In this document: positions 28,346 through 41,958 of the stretch, one piece after another | How positions within the stretch are numbered: the first letter of the stretch is position 1 | How the letters are laid out: each line of letters opens with the position of its first letter | Assembly: GCA_051362555.1 (NCBI GenBank) | Contig: CM120645.1 | Span: 22,258,001 to 22,322,000, forward strand | Source of the DNA: Lingula anatina | Taxonomy: Eukaryota; Animalia; Brachiopoda | Length of the DNA stretch: 64,000 nt | Reading direction: 5' to 3' | Program-made: the position numbers and the translations under genes | The notes under the pieces: generated by a model | Database searches by the model: none | What the model saw: the letters and a program-made list of their open reading frames with translations, nothing else | What the model was told of the DNA's origin: nothing

Positions 28346-31300
28346 AGTTCCCTTTCTGTTCATTTGTCTGTAACTTGCAACCTTTTCGCTCTTACATGTA
28401 TAAAAGCATGTGCACATATAGAGTTATATTTGTTTATGAAAGGTAAAGGCAACCCTTTTCTTTTGAAAAAAGATGAGCCGTGTGGTATTTGATGCATGTA
28501 AGACGTGCTATATAAACCGCATGGTCTTTGTTCACGTATCCACAAAACGATTGCAGCATTGAATGCATACACCTTAAGAACATATCCAAGCTTTGTTTAA
28601 CTTTATTGTCCATATTTTCTGATCGCTTTATTAAAGAGGTGTGGATCTCAAATTTTGTCAATTTATTGTTTGTGTTGGATGAAGACCTCTCAGGTTACTG
28701 AACAATACGGAAACCGCTGTATGGCAATTATACGGTGCGTTATATGAGTATATCATATTTCGATAATCATCTGGGCCTGTTTACGTGACACATGATAAAA
28801 GGCGAACACAATGCATTGAAGCAAATCCTGTAAATTAGACAAGATTTGACGTAACAATTTATATAATCATTTCCGTACGTGTCATTAATAGTTCATTGCA
28901 GTTTTTATTCCTCACCACATTGACGTAATTCAAGAAAGGAAGGCATGTATAGATACGGAGAGAAATAGATACAACTGAAGTAATATGGAAAGGGGGATGC
29001 ATAAAATGGATAAAATGAAGAAAAGACATGCAGACAGACGGATAGACATATGTGTATAACCCGGAGTCTAATCAAACAAATGCAGGCTAGTAGCTAGGGA
29101 GTTGCGGGTTGGGGGGTTGGGGGGGGGGGGGGGCTCCAACAAACCCGCTTGTTGCAGGGAAATAGGTTCGGTCTGCGTAAAAATCGATAAAGGTGTACGA
29201 AAGTTTAATTGTAAAATGTTAACCTTTTTTTTAGAAAAGAAACGCTCCTTTGAAACCGTTGACTACAGGCCTGACACAATTATAGTAAACATTGACAGAA
29301 AGGAAAGTAACCTCTCTATAATAAAAAGCAAAATAAACCTCTATAAGTCAGCAAGGCTGCGGGTTTGTGTTTGTTTCATATAATTATTATTTATATAGCA
29401 TTCCAGCTCAAAAATAAGGTTACGCTACGGAGACAGTCAAGGTGAACCCATATAGTGCACTGGCCTTAACTTCGATGAAATATTATTAAAACAAGAGAAA
29501 TCATAAAACAGCAATTAAACCTCAATCAATTAGTTGGATATACTAAGAGAAGCTTGTTCTTTTACTACATGTGTACGCACCTGTACACGCCTAGTTGTCG
29601 CGTACAGTATATCGGTTTTAACCTAGATAAAACATCAATGAAAGACAGCGGGTTATATAACAGTCAAGTTAATAAACAAACCGTGTATCAAATGTCAAAT
29701 AACAGGTGATCCATACCTTTATCGATCGGCAGAGCGTCATATGTTAATAATAACACTTATATTAAAGTATCGATACGTTCCTTATACTGCGTATCCTATC
29801 GATTGCGAGTGAGAAATGTTCATATTCCACTGGCTGGTGACGAGGGGGACTCTGCTAACTGCGCGCTTCGAGTAACATTTATTTGCTTTGTGACAAAATT
29901 GATTTTCGGCATTGGAAACAATGTGCGGTCAGTTACACGGATAAGTCAGGTAAAGGAACGGTTAGTGCAGTCGTATGCATAAATACAAACAACTGCTAGC
30001 AGATAAATGGTGCAGGTGACTTAACAGAAATGTTAGTAAAGTATGGGTTCAAGGACAAGTTATGACTCTTATTATGTCAATAGGGGCATACCGAACACTG
30101 GTAAACGGGTACGTGGAAAAAATATAACCTGTCGTGCTGTGTCGCGTCGCCTTTACATCCTTATCAATACTCCAATATCTTGGTCTGTGGTTACACATTA
30201 TGTCCAGACAAAAACTTGTCAATAAATATTTGAGCCTTTGGTATCATTGTTTTAGTTGACCCTCCCCAGTGTTGACGCAAAAATAAAGCTGAGGGCGGAG
30301 TTTGAAATAAAGGAAAAGGGCACAAACCTTACACGATCCCCCTAAGCACTGGAAATCGAATTATATTTTCATGAAAACATTCTGTTTGTCCCCTGTCAGT
30401 AGATGGAGCCCAGAAGTTGTTAAACCCAACACTATCAATGACCAGAAAGGCACTCAAACCCCCGCAAAGGCAGCTCAATTTTTAATACTTTTATTCAGAA
30501 ATAATCAATAAATGGATAGCTATCAAAACCAAGTTGATGCTAAGTTTGTCCTTAAAATTATGACGGAATATTTCTTGAGTAAGACTGTTAAATAACGGAC
30601 CAACAAAAGCAAAAAAAAAGAAAAAAAAAAGAAAAAATTCCTTGGCGAAAGTGGATTTTTATATCTCTTATCGGTCAATTGAATTAAAAAATCAAGCTAT
30701 TTTCTAAACCATCAGTACAAAGCACATCCCGGGAACGTGAGACTTGAGCTTCGTACTTCACACAACGATTATCCTTGACAAAATTACCCATGGTAGTCAT
30801 TTCCTATCCACGAGGGCAATTATCCCAGTCAAATGTGAAACCATCGAAAATCAAATAAACAATATCGACAAAAAACATATTAATATTGACTCACTCAGAC
30901 AGGAAATCATTTCATAATGACCCTGAAAGTGGTTCCAGGCAATTGTTTGTGGAAATTAAGTCAACATCTGCAGACACTTTGAAGTATCTGGGAGGTTCTC
31001 GAGTCGAGGAAAAACCATACGCATGCGCGTACGAGTCACTAATGACGAGCCGTCTGTGCAATCCACATGTAAGAATGTGCACTTATACCATTAATCCTTT
31101 AAAATATTATCAAGTAAAAAAAAAAGAAAGAAGAAGGACATATTCATGCTTTGTACCAAATATTGACATGTTTGCCCTTGAGAATGTAAAAACGTTCAAC
31201 GCAGAGATGTGCCTCATTATCCCATCGGGTACATGCAATTAATACTGCAGATAATCACTGGGCCCACGATGTCGTAATGATGGATTCATACCGAGTCCTG

Positions 31301-33999
31301 TTCACCATCTTGTAAGAGATGTAATAAAATAAGTACAGGGGACGAAGCCATACTAATGGACTTAAAAGATTGCAATAGCACTTGTAGTGATTGGTGCGGT
31401 GTAATTTTCAGACAAATGTACCTTGTTTTTATAACAGAAATAAGGTAATAAACTTTTCCCTATATCGTCATCATCATATATATTACACTAGCCTAAAGTA
31501 TAAAACTTATTTAAGCCAGGTTTCCAAATTATACTGATAACTTAATAAAGGGGACACACACACACACACACACACACACATATTTAGAAATACATTTTAC
31601 TAACATAAGGTGGAATCTGTTCTTTTTCTTTAGTTATTCTTTCGCACTCTAAAGTTGTATCCAAAGAGGATACATGTACATGTATAGGTCACCCATTTGT
31701 ATATAAGTGTTTTTTATACCTCTGGTCAAGCGCATGCTTTATCAATATTCATAAGATTAAGTGACATCCACATGAAGAGTCACAGTGACAGATCAATGTG
31801 ATTCATATTTAATGGTTTGAAAACATGACCGTTACTTCGAGAGCCATGTAAGAAACACATTATGAAATTACCGTCCATTCTTAATTGCAGACCAATCATA
31901 ATCACATACAAATGTCAGATATTTTTAATCCATTAACAGCTGTCACGATAAGGCTCCTATGGAAATCGATATCGAGGAAAAAACCGAATCATTGCTTGCA
32001 GTGTGCCAGCCAAGTGCGATGGAGTCAATACTAAAATCGCGATGGATTTCCCTGGCATTTGACGGTGATTGTGACTGCAACGCCCTTAAGTCTTTGCCGT
32101 CCGTTGTTCATACCTTAGCCTGTTATATAAACCGTGGTTGAGAGCCACAAGAGACGGAACGGGAAGGCCCTAAGGATTCCCGACCGATTCTCCCAGCAAA
32201 TCATTTTAATTATAGATCGAAAGTAGAATCGGGTCAACACAACATCCTTGCTTTGCTTGTCGATGGGTCGATATGGGCACGTATAGCTGCTGCTGGTGCT
32301 GCACTAAGAGAAATAGTGTGTGCGTGTGTGTGCGTTTGTGAATACGAAGTCCTATCGAGCGGGGAAGGCGCTGGTAGAGGACGGACGTTAAGTCCGTTAT
32401 TCACTCAGTTGAGGAGGTAAGGCACACACAGTGTGGGATCTAGATCCTACCTACAGGATGCTACCAACGGTTGGTTGAATATTCATCTGAATCAAAACTC
32501 ACTACGATACATCTTCTTAGAAGCAAGCACGACGCTTAACCTGAAATGCAGTAAGTGGTGAATTCTAATACTGGTCGTGCCATGTGTATGATCTCTCGCA
32601 ATACTAGCCCATAGCTGCATGACGTAGTCAGAAAGACAATTTTGGCAACAACTTGGTCCAATTGAAACTGTTCAGCAAATTACCAGAGCATATTTAACCG
32701 GATAATGGACTGACTCGATAACTAATAAGCCAGCCGAGGAGTAGATTTGATAGGAGGGATGCATCACATACAAACATGGTCCAGTTTAATGGGTATTGCT
32801 ATGGAAACCAAAAATGTGTGGCAATATGTTAGCTCAATCACGCACTGTTGCTTGCTGACGTTGCAGCGCTAATTATTGCATTATTACCAAGAATATGGTA
32901 AACCGCTCGATAGAACAGAGATGACATAACGGCGTCGAAGGTAAACCAGCATCATATTATTTCCAACCGCTGCATCGCACTGCATTGGACCATGAGTGAC
33001 AGCTTTATTGATTTATATAAATATCAAATGTCAGGTTCATCTGCGGCAACGGCAACAGTAATGCCATTGTTGATGGAGCTTTTACAATATTATCAGCTGT
33101 TGCAGTCTTCACGTCTCCGGATAATGTTCTATTGATTTATACCAACACACTTGGTCCAACTGCTGCAGCAACAGTAACAGTATCTTTACACCGGATATTA
33201 AGCAGTCGCGATATTTTCAGATGCTTTATAAGTCATATTGCCGATGCCATTGGCACGGTACATATAGGCCTACACAGTGACGGTGGTAACACTTGGAGCT
33301 TATCAGTACTGGCAAAACTGGCATTGTTCATGTGTTTAGAGGAGACCATTGCTATAGCAAAGCGTTGGCTGTGAGCCTCGGGTGATTTTGCATCCTGCTT
33401 GCCTTACCGATAGCCACACGCATTGATAGCTGTGAAAAGGTGCCCATTTCAACATAGGACGACTGTACATATGCTTTGCCTATACTGGAGATTAAGTATT
33501 GGAGCAGAACCATTATGCTTTGATTAAGACTCGGAAATATTATGATCTGATGTGGACATCTAGGCCACGTGTCCTGGAGACGTCCACAACTTCAGTGCCT
33601 TCACAGGGCTTGCTTTATGAGAACGAAGGTCAGGGCGGACGGTCGCCAGCCTGTCTCTGTCGTTGTATCTTCTATGCATTTGTAAATATATGTGTGTGTG
33701 TGATACTATAAACGAACTCAGAAAAGAGTGTGTATCAAATGCCTCCGGTATGAAGACTTTAATGTAGAAAATAAGCTGCCAGTAAGGTTATTATTGCATG
33801 ACGTATGATTTAATGCTCAGATATTAATAGAGCACCGTTGGCAGAACGATCAGTTGATGCTATTGTTTTTGGTCTCTGCATCAGAGTAATATTGTCAGCT
33901 GAGTAATTGCGGATAGATTTATCCACTCGGTCAGTGCGATCGATTAAGTATTCATATAAGATATAGGGCAAGGTGACATACATCAAACTGAGAACGGGA

Positions 34000-34014
34000 C
34001 CGGAAGTGACGTCA
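34000..34014 (+). promoter_or_regulatory. Perfect overlapping ETS-CRE composite site
   Basis: CCGGAAGTGACGTCA, followed by TTATAA and a cluster of CACGTG/TGACGT/TGACAT sites up to ~34102. Confidence 0.6.
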
Positions 34015-34831
34015 TTATAAGCCCAAACCGTGTCTGAGAGACAGCGTACCATTGGCCACGTCGTATACACGTGCAGCATGTGACATCACGCCAAGTGACG
34101 TACTAAAACGAGCACATACATAATGCTAGCCAGAGAATGGTGAGCTTTCTAGACAATTTGGATTCAATACTCCAACCCCACAACTCATGGGCTATATGAG
34201 CGCACTGTTCTATAATCATTATTTATTACATTTCCAATAATGTGGCATTTACTGAGGCTTGAACGTATTAAGTCTCCTTGTATAGAGTCAATACATCGGT
34301 CAAAGTTGAAGTTGCATGTTAAATACCAACCGAGAGAAAGGATCGCCTATTATATAGGCAGATTGGAATATGCGTTCGGCTAGGAATTGTCTCTGGCAGG
34401 GTCTGCTACATTGGAATTGATCTGCATGGATTGCACCTGTTCGCATCGGAAGTGATTTTGGGACCAAGCTCTCTTGGTTTTCAGTAGTCGCAAACACCCA
34501 AGTCTAGCACAGAACAGACAAGGTGTGTTGCATTGTGCTTCAGCATCGGGCAAGGTGACGCGGGCAGTCGCATGTACTTTTGCTGTTTACCAACCGCTTG
34601 ATTACACTAAATACTCCACTTTGTCTGTTGTCTAGGTATGCGGTGAACCTCAGATATAAGGTGACATTGGAGGTAGCGATCTATTAATCACTACTGCTCA
34701 GAGTTTCACATTCAGTTTCAATTACTCCCACATCTCATGCGTGGTTCTGCATGCTTGATTCCTCGTTTATGAAATCCAATAGGGCAGTATTGATGTAACT
34801 CGAACAGGAAAAGTCTCTTAAGAGCCAGACG

Positions 34832-34839
34832 TGACGTCA
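34832..34839. promoter_or_regulatory. Full palindromic CRE about 390 bp upstream of the Piccolo/RIM-like ATG
   Basis: GTGACGTCAC. Confidence 0.45.
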
Positions 34840-35221
34840 CTGAACATAAAAGAGCATTCTTGGAAGTATGGGAGAATTTAAACCCGACAAACTGTTGCAT
34901 GTCAGGTAGCGACTGGAAACCTCACGGCTTATAACATATTCAGCCACTGGGGTGGCATTAATTTACTATGATACTCGCATTTGTTTCTCAGATTTACCAA
35001 TGAATTGATTTGGTGTTCGTATTTTTCATCCCTAGGAACGAACACACGTTAAAATCTTTAGCGGGAGATTTAGATGCTGAAATAGATTCTTTTTGTGTGA
35101 ACCCCAAACAACGCTGTTCACAGAATGGGTAAAACCGTGCACCTAACGGCAATATACCGATAAAGTCCATTCTCAAAGAAATTAATATACGCAGATAATA
35201 CGATACTAAAACATCTTAACA

Positions 35222-35478
35222 ATGGGCAACGAGACAAGCAGCCAACCTTCCGGGAGCAACACGCCCGATTCCGTCTCGGAATACTACTCATCCTACACCC
35301 TGGGCCAGGGTTCGCGTCGGGCCCCTAGCAACGTCTCCACGTCGTCGTCAAGGCAACTGTCGCCCGTGGACCCCCCTGAGCCTGACCTGAGTCACCTGAC
35401 GGAGGAGGAGAAGGCACAGATCACGGCGGTGCTGGAGAGGGCCAGATGGATGCACGAGGAGGAGGAGACAGCGGCAAG
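35222..35478 (+). CDS. Piccolo/RIM-like coding exon 1 (myristoylation motif and Rab-binding helix)
   Basis: GC-rich, codon-biased ORF MGNETSSQ...PEPDLSHLTEEEKAQITAVLERARWMHEEEETAA(R), ending at AAG|GTAAGT (phase 2). Confidence 0.88.
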
Positions 35479-38400
35479 GTAAGTTTAGAATGACTAAGGA
35501 CGAGTGTTGTATCTGTATAGTTCCTGTCACACCTAGCGTATGGCAGTATCATATGGGAAAAATTACCCATACGCAGACGAATGCATGGGTTTCGTTAGAC
35601 TTATCTCGTAAACGCCTCGAGCACGCAGGCAAACGTACATTGGCGCTCGCTTACCAAGAGGGGTGTAAAGTGTTTTGAGCATAAATATATTCAAGAACAA
35701 TTCGTTTGCTGCTTGTATCTTCATTTTATTTGTTGGAAACAGGGTGATTCCTTACATTCAAAGTTGTTCGTGTAATTGATGTCGCATATGATACCCACAC
35801 GCACCTCTTAACGCTAGGTGTAACACTGACTTTATATCGGATATTGCTTGATCATATAAGGTCTCCAGTGAATCGTCCATATTGAAATACAGGCCCGTAG
35901 CCAGTAATTTCAAAAGGGGGGGGTTCTTTTTCTGAAAAAGTGGACCTTTTCCCATAAAAACTTCATGTACCTAGATCAAATCTTACCCAGCGTGGACCTT
36001 TTCCAGCAAAAGGGGCGGTTCTTTCGAACCCCCCGACCCCCCCCCCCCCTGGCTACGGACCTGAAATATGTATGCTGAATAACAAAAGACACATAGGTAC
36101 AGGTTTTTGAGTTTGCGCTTAATGAGTTTGCACTTAATGAAGATTACTAAAGCTGACAATCAGGTGCAAAATGACAAAACGTCGAAGATTGGCGTGATTT
36201 TGCTGTGTTTTAAGTCCAAAGGATTCCAAGCAACATATGTTTCTCTTAAGTAGGCCTCTTACGTATTCAGTTCTCTCCCCTTCCTTTTATCAGATTTAAA
36301 TCGCCCATTGCATGCGCAATCTCCGAACCAAATAATGTATTTCGACGACCCCGAAGACTGAATACTATTATGATATCATTAAATAAAGTAAGTCCTTTAA
36401 AGGCGATGACATGGAGAAATATATACCGTATATGTTCAAAGCTGCAGGCCTTCCGCTAAATTTTTTACTGTGTGGTACACATAACGGGGATATACACAAC
36501 TCTATTGGTACATATGTAGATGTGTATAAATTCATAAACTGGCCGTCAGGCCGATGCGACTGGAGTTTTGACATCATTAAAACTGTTTAAACTCTTAAAT
36601 GTATGATGGAGGTGACACATGAAATAGCGCACGTGGGCGTGTAAGAAACGTGGCCGAAAGGCAGAACGGCAGAGGGGTGTTACTTTTCTGATGGTAAGCA
36701 CTTGCAGTTTATGCACGTTGCTGTAAAAGACGCCTTATTCAGAAGGCAATACGATGAAAAGCAATTACCAGCAGCTTGACAGTAAAGTACGTTTGAGAGC
36801 TAATTTTTCAGGAGCGTTTCTCGGTTGACATGTTTTGAATATGTTGAAAAAGCTCAAGAGAAATTTGCCAATTTAGTCAGTAATCACAAATAACCTACGT
36901 TTATATGTGGGATGCGTTCATTTTGAAATTAAATGAATTAATTTCACAATTGTCATGTACTTTGCCTGAATCCCCGTTTAAATAACCGCTAAATGTATAT
37001 TTGGCAATCTCGATATCAACGTGGGCCCGCTGTTATCTCAATATTAAAACTTGTATTATGAAACTGAAAACCCTGCACATGGTATTTTCGAAGTGTAAAT
37101 AATTATGTTAGCACCCTTTGTTATATAAAACATTATTATGAACATAGGGCTTGCAAGGTATTTTGGACATTTCAATGAAATCTCCACTTTAACTGTTATT
37201 GTGTCACATGTTTGTATTGTTGTCATGGATATAGAGTATTGGACAAACACTTGTTGCTTTTAGATGACAATGGAAAATTTGTTTATTTGGATATAACCCC
37301 ACTTTTCTTATAGGCCTATGCTTTTTCATATGTTCGTAGGGTTAAAGTGTCCGCCTCCGAAGCAGGAGGACGTGCGTTCCATTAACAGTACCTACTGTCT
37401 CCTCGTTTGGCACTCAGCACTTAGGGGTAAACGACCTGGTCTAGCTGGCAGGGAATAATATAATTAGTATGTTAGCGTTGAGTGCCTCATACGACGGTTT
37501 GGTTGTACAGGCATCCTCAGAAGCCGAGAACGCCTACAGTCACATGAACCGTGCAATGCGTTCTACCTTTTGTGAGCTAAAAGTTTATGCCACTACCTAG
37601 GTATTTGTCACTGCATATTGCAAATACAAGCACTGTTCCCTTTTCATTATATGATCTTTTCTTTCTCTCGAGCGCGTTGTGTCTTCTTCCGTGAATGTTC
37701 ATTGTCGCCTTTTGTATGCAAGGTTGTTTCAAACCAACGCTGTTACTTTGTGAATAGACAGTTTAGATACGCTACGCCAGTTATTTGCGGTAGTCGTCAC
37801 TGCCCGTTTAATTGTTTTGTCTACCTCAGTTGTTTGCACATGTTTTGTAACGGTATGATGTGGGTCCACCCATCAAATATAGTGCAATTCCATATAAAAC
37901 TGCAATAACAGCTAGGATTAAGTATGAGCCACAGACTCGGTGTTGCAAAATAAAAGAAAGAAATGCAAATAAAGTAAATAATAATTTAAGTTTTTTAAGG
38001 TATCCTTTTAATTTCTACTCAACAAATGAAGTGACCAGAAATAGTCAAATGATCACGGTATTTCCATTCGCAGATACATACTGTAGCACAGTAAGTAGAG
38101 CTAGCGCCATGCAGCGCGTTTAGAATTAATCAGCTAAGATCTGACGCATAAATGAGTCTGAACTTGACCGAAAACCATGCCTTTTCTGTGCATAAAACGT
38201 CTGTCGGGAAGACATGATGTAAATAATGCAGGAGTCGTGGGTGAGGATTACCAAGGTTTGGGTGCAATCTATTCTATTGAGAACAGAAATGGGACTTGCG
38301 CCTAATGAAAGTTAGGTTAATAGGTGTACTGCAACATTTGTAACGCAGCTCACTACCATTCAAAGTGATATTTAGTGTATATATCCTTTCTGGCATCATA

Positions 38401-41400
38401 AATTCCTTCTTTGGTGGCGAGGGAATGGCCAACATTCCATTACCAAAAAAAGAAGGTGAGTTCAGTACCTTTGACAGTAAGAACGGGATCTGTGTACTCT
38501 TTTTCAAATCACATAGCTTCATGCATGCAATTTACTTTGTAGCGGCCATTTTTATATTCTTAACAATTGAGCGACAAAAATGGTGATGACAACAATCCCT
38601 TATTCCAGCGATCTCAAAACGCGGACCTTAAAACAATTTGCGGTTTTGCGGGCACTGCGTGGCGAAACCACTGCCTTCGTCTGCGGTCTTTTTTTCTTTT
38701 GTATTCGATTCAAGAGTTGGTCCCTGCACAATTTCCTGTACCAAAGACTCTGTGATTACACTTTATTCGTGCCTGATTGCCTGACAGCGACTGCACGAGG
38801 ATGCGTCTCAAACAATTTGCTTAGCGGAAGACTTTTGGTATTAGTCTGGTTTTGATATGTCGGTATACGATATTAAGGACACATCCAGGCGGTTGCCAAC
38901 ACATAATACGCTTTAAGTTCCGCCAAGGCGATTTCATCTTCTAAAAAGCCCAGTTAGACGCATGCACCACTGCGCATTTTCCATTCTGCCTTTGACTTGA
39001 TCTTGTATCTGATTCTTGCGCAAAAGCGAGTACGCATGGCCAAATTCAATTTCATGCCACTCGCTGTCCATTAGCTATCTAATCTGCTGAATACATCGAT
39101 CTTTGCATCCCGGTCTTCAAGGTTCTTGACAAGTTAAGAAGCACCTTGCATATACATACTTGTGCTTGTAGTATGAATGACCGCTCTCAGTGGTACCAAG
39201 GAACACATAGTTACAGTACCTTGATCGCGAAGAGAAATAAGTTACACCAGAGGGATAAAGTAAAAGCATGATGTTATTAACATTCCACAACTTGTGCTAC
39301 ATTTATATCTTTTTAACGAACAAACGAGCACCAGCAGCTGCGTTATTAGATAACGTTTCAAAGGGTATACAATGATATTTACGTGGCAGAGACCGCGTGG
39401 AAGAGGTGAATAATAGTCGTATCTCAAATGTTAGAAAAACGTGCTACCTGCAACCTATGAGGTAATACATCAGATGGTTATACCTTTTAGGGATCGTAAT
39501 CGGAGTTTTTAGGAAAAACCACAATAAATATAACACACTGCTATACCTGCAGTTTCTCAAACAAATGATAACTCGCAACTGCTATCTTTTGATGAATTCT
39601 AGTTCAATTTACCATGTGTGTATTTACGATAATGTTTTTGTTCTCTAGTGGCACAGGGCTCCTGGCTATCAGAGAAGAAAATTGAAAAATTGCAAACAAC
39701 GACAGTGCCATCTGTTTTCTTAATATACATGTATATAGGACATGCGCTTACGTGAGCGTAAAATGACAAATCGTTTGTCATATCTGGAAACATTCTGCTG
39801 CTCCGTCACAATACTACATACACTTTGATGCCTATAATGAAAAACATGTTCAGATCGAGAAGAAAAAGTGACTGTTGTCTTTAAACTTTTTGGATATATA
39901 ATATAACATAATATATGATTTGATGTATAATGCACATCAATTGTACGATAAACACAACAGCGAATTATCTAAGCTTTCCAAACAGCCTTCTTGATCAGAG
40001 CAACGCAAAGCATTATCGTTAATGTTATGAATCCCCAAGAGAAGAAGCAGACGACCTGGCTACACATGTCACCAATCTGGTGTAAAACTGATTCTGAACG
40101 CTGACAAATAAGCACGTTTGTCGTGTCTAAATGAATGCCTTTGTAACTGTCGCCAGTCTTACTTTGTTCCGCCGTATAAATCATGAAATGTTCCAAACTT
40201 CTATACATTCTTGCTTAATTGCAGCAAACACGCGCCCATCATTGGTTCATTTTGTAAAACAATATGTTATTGCGCAGACGTCATGTTCTGAGGCACCATG
40301 AACTAATATCTAGGTTCCATCTAGGCAAGCCTGTTTTAACCCCAACAAAATAAACATACAGAGTTACACACGCAAACAATGAAACAAACAGACATATGTA
40401 TATATTAATGAACTCGAGGATGAATAAATATATGTTTAGATTTATAAAATGTCTTTCGGTTCCGGTACAACCTGCATCGCTAACATACACCGCTCGATGC
40501 AAAATGACCCCCGTTCTAAGACGTATTGAACGTCAATTCTTTTTTTAATACACATGCATTAACTGTACAACCATTCTTCAAAAGCCTGAAGAGCCCTGGA
40601 AAATAAGCCATTATGTGCGTAATAGTCTATTAACAGTTGCCTATTGTGCGTATTATTACGCAGCACTATATTGTGATTAGGTCTGCACAGACGTCGAGTC
40701 AATATAAGAATTATTTAATTATCGACATCTATCTAACCTTTAAACACAGATCTGAAGCCACAATCCACTTTGGAGGCCTATCTATCTATTAGACTGTATT
40801 TTTTTTATCTAAATTCAATAACTTTCTGTGCAAGCGCCTGTTTTGCTGGAGGTTCGGATGCCTAGGATATATATGGACAGCCCCCATGGTCTGAATGGGA
40901 GGCATAATTGTATTGCTAATTCAGTTTAGGTTAAATTTGCAACGAATGAACTGCTTATTTCACCATGTTAATAACGCAGTTACTGTTAATCCTGTATGCG
41001 GGCATTTCGACTGTCGTCACGGTTCCTCTAAACTAAATTATCCTTTAATTTACAGCGAATCAACTTCAACTGACCGGCTTGTATCCGTAACCTAATTACA
41101 TTAAGTTTCAGAGCAAAGGTGCCCCCTCTTGCCTCGACCCTAACTTGACACTTTAATGGAATTATTCCTTAAGTCGCTCAGAAGTCACCTTTTATCGGCA
41201 ATACTGCAGTGCCCGCTAACGAAATAAAGTTAAACATTCCAGGAAACCGCTGGAAATGACCTGTCGCTTGTAGTTCACTGCCATAGATAGGAACATATTA
41301 GACTGATGTTAATATCGCTACCAGCAACATAACCTGATTATACCAGCCGTGTTCAGATTTGAATTTTTTAATTACACCATTACCAATTGTCGGTACACAA

Positions 41401-41912
41401 CGGGGCATATGTAAGGAGTACTGAAATCCAAGTCACGAGCAGCCGTCCCTTAAGGTCAAATAGTTTTAAAACGTGTTCCAGTGTGACAGAGTTGATTGTC
41501 CTACACGTAAGAATGGAAGTACTGTCACCCAATAGATATACCGTGTCGAATTATGCCAACAGTCACCCAATGAACATATTGGGAAAACTTTACAATGCAT
41601 CAACCGACAATGCAGAAGAGATAATTGTGAAATGCGAGTTTGGTGATTACCCAACATTGGCAGACAATGGAGGATTCTTGTCTGCACTTGTTGCTTTGAT
41701 AAATCATTCAGCACAGTCTGTCTCACATGGCTCGAACCAGGGTGCAAATCGCGCTCTTTAACGCTATCAGGGCGATCATGATGTGGTTTCCAGACAGTAA
41801 TTCCCCTTATCAAAGTAAACCAATATCATTAATGTGCAGAAGAATGCACGGAATTAACATTACTGTGGTATATTATATTGTCCCGGCTGGGTGTTGTGTC
41901 AGAATGGTTGCC

Positions 41913-41958
<46 letters not shown>

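Noticed and set aside
41387-41761. 124-aa ORF in the large intron
   Set aside because: Non-ATG start, no recognisable domain, no codon bias like the true exons, and no convincing splice sites.
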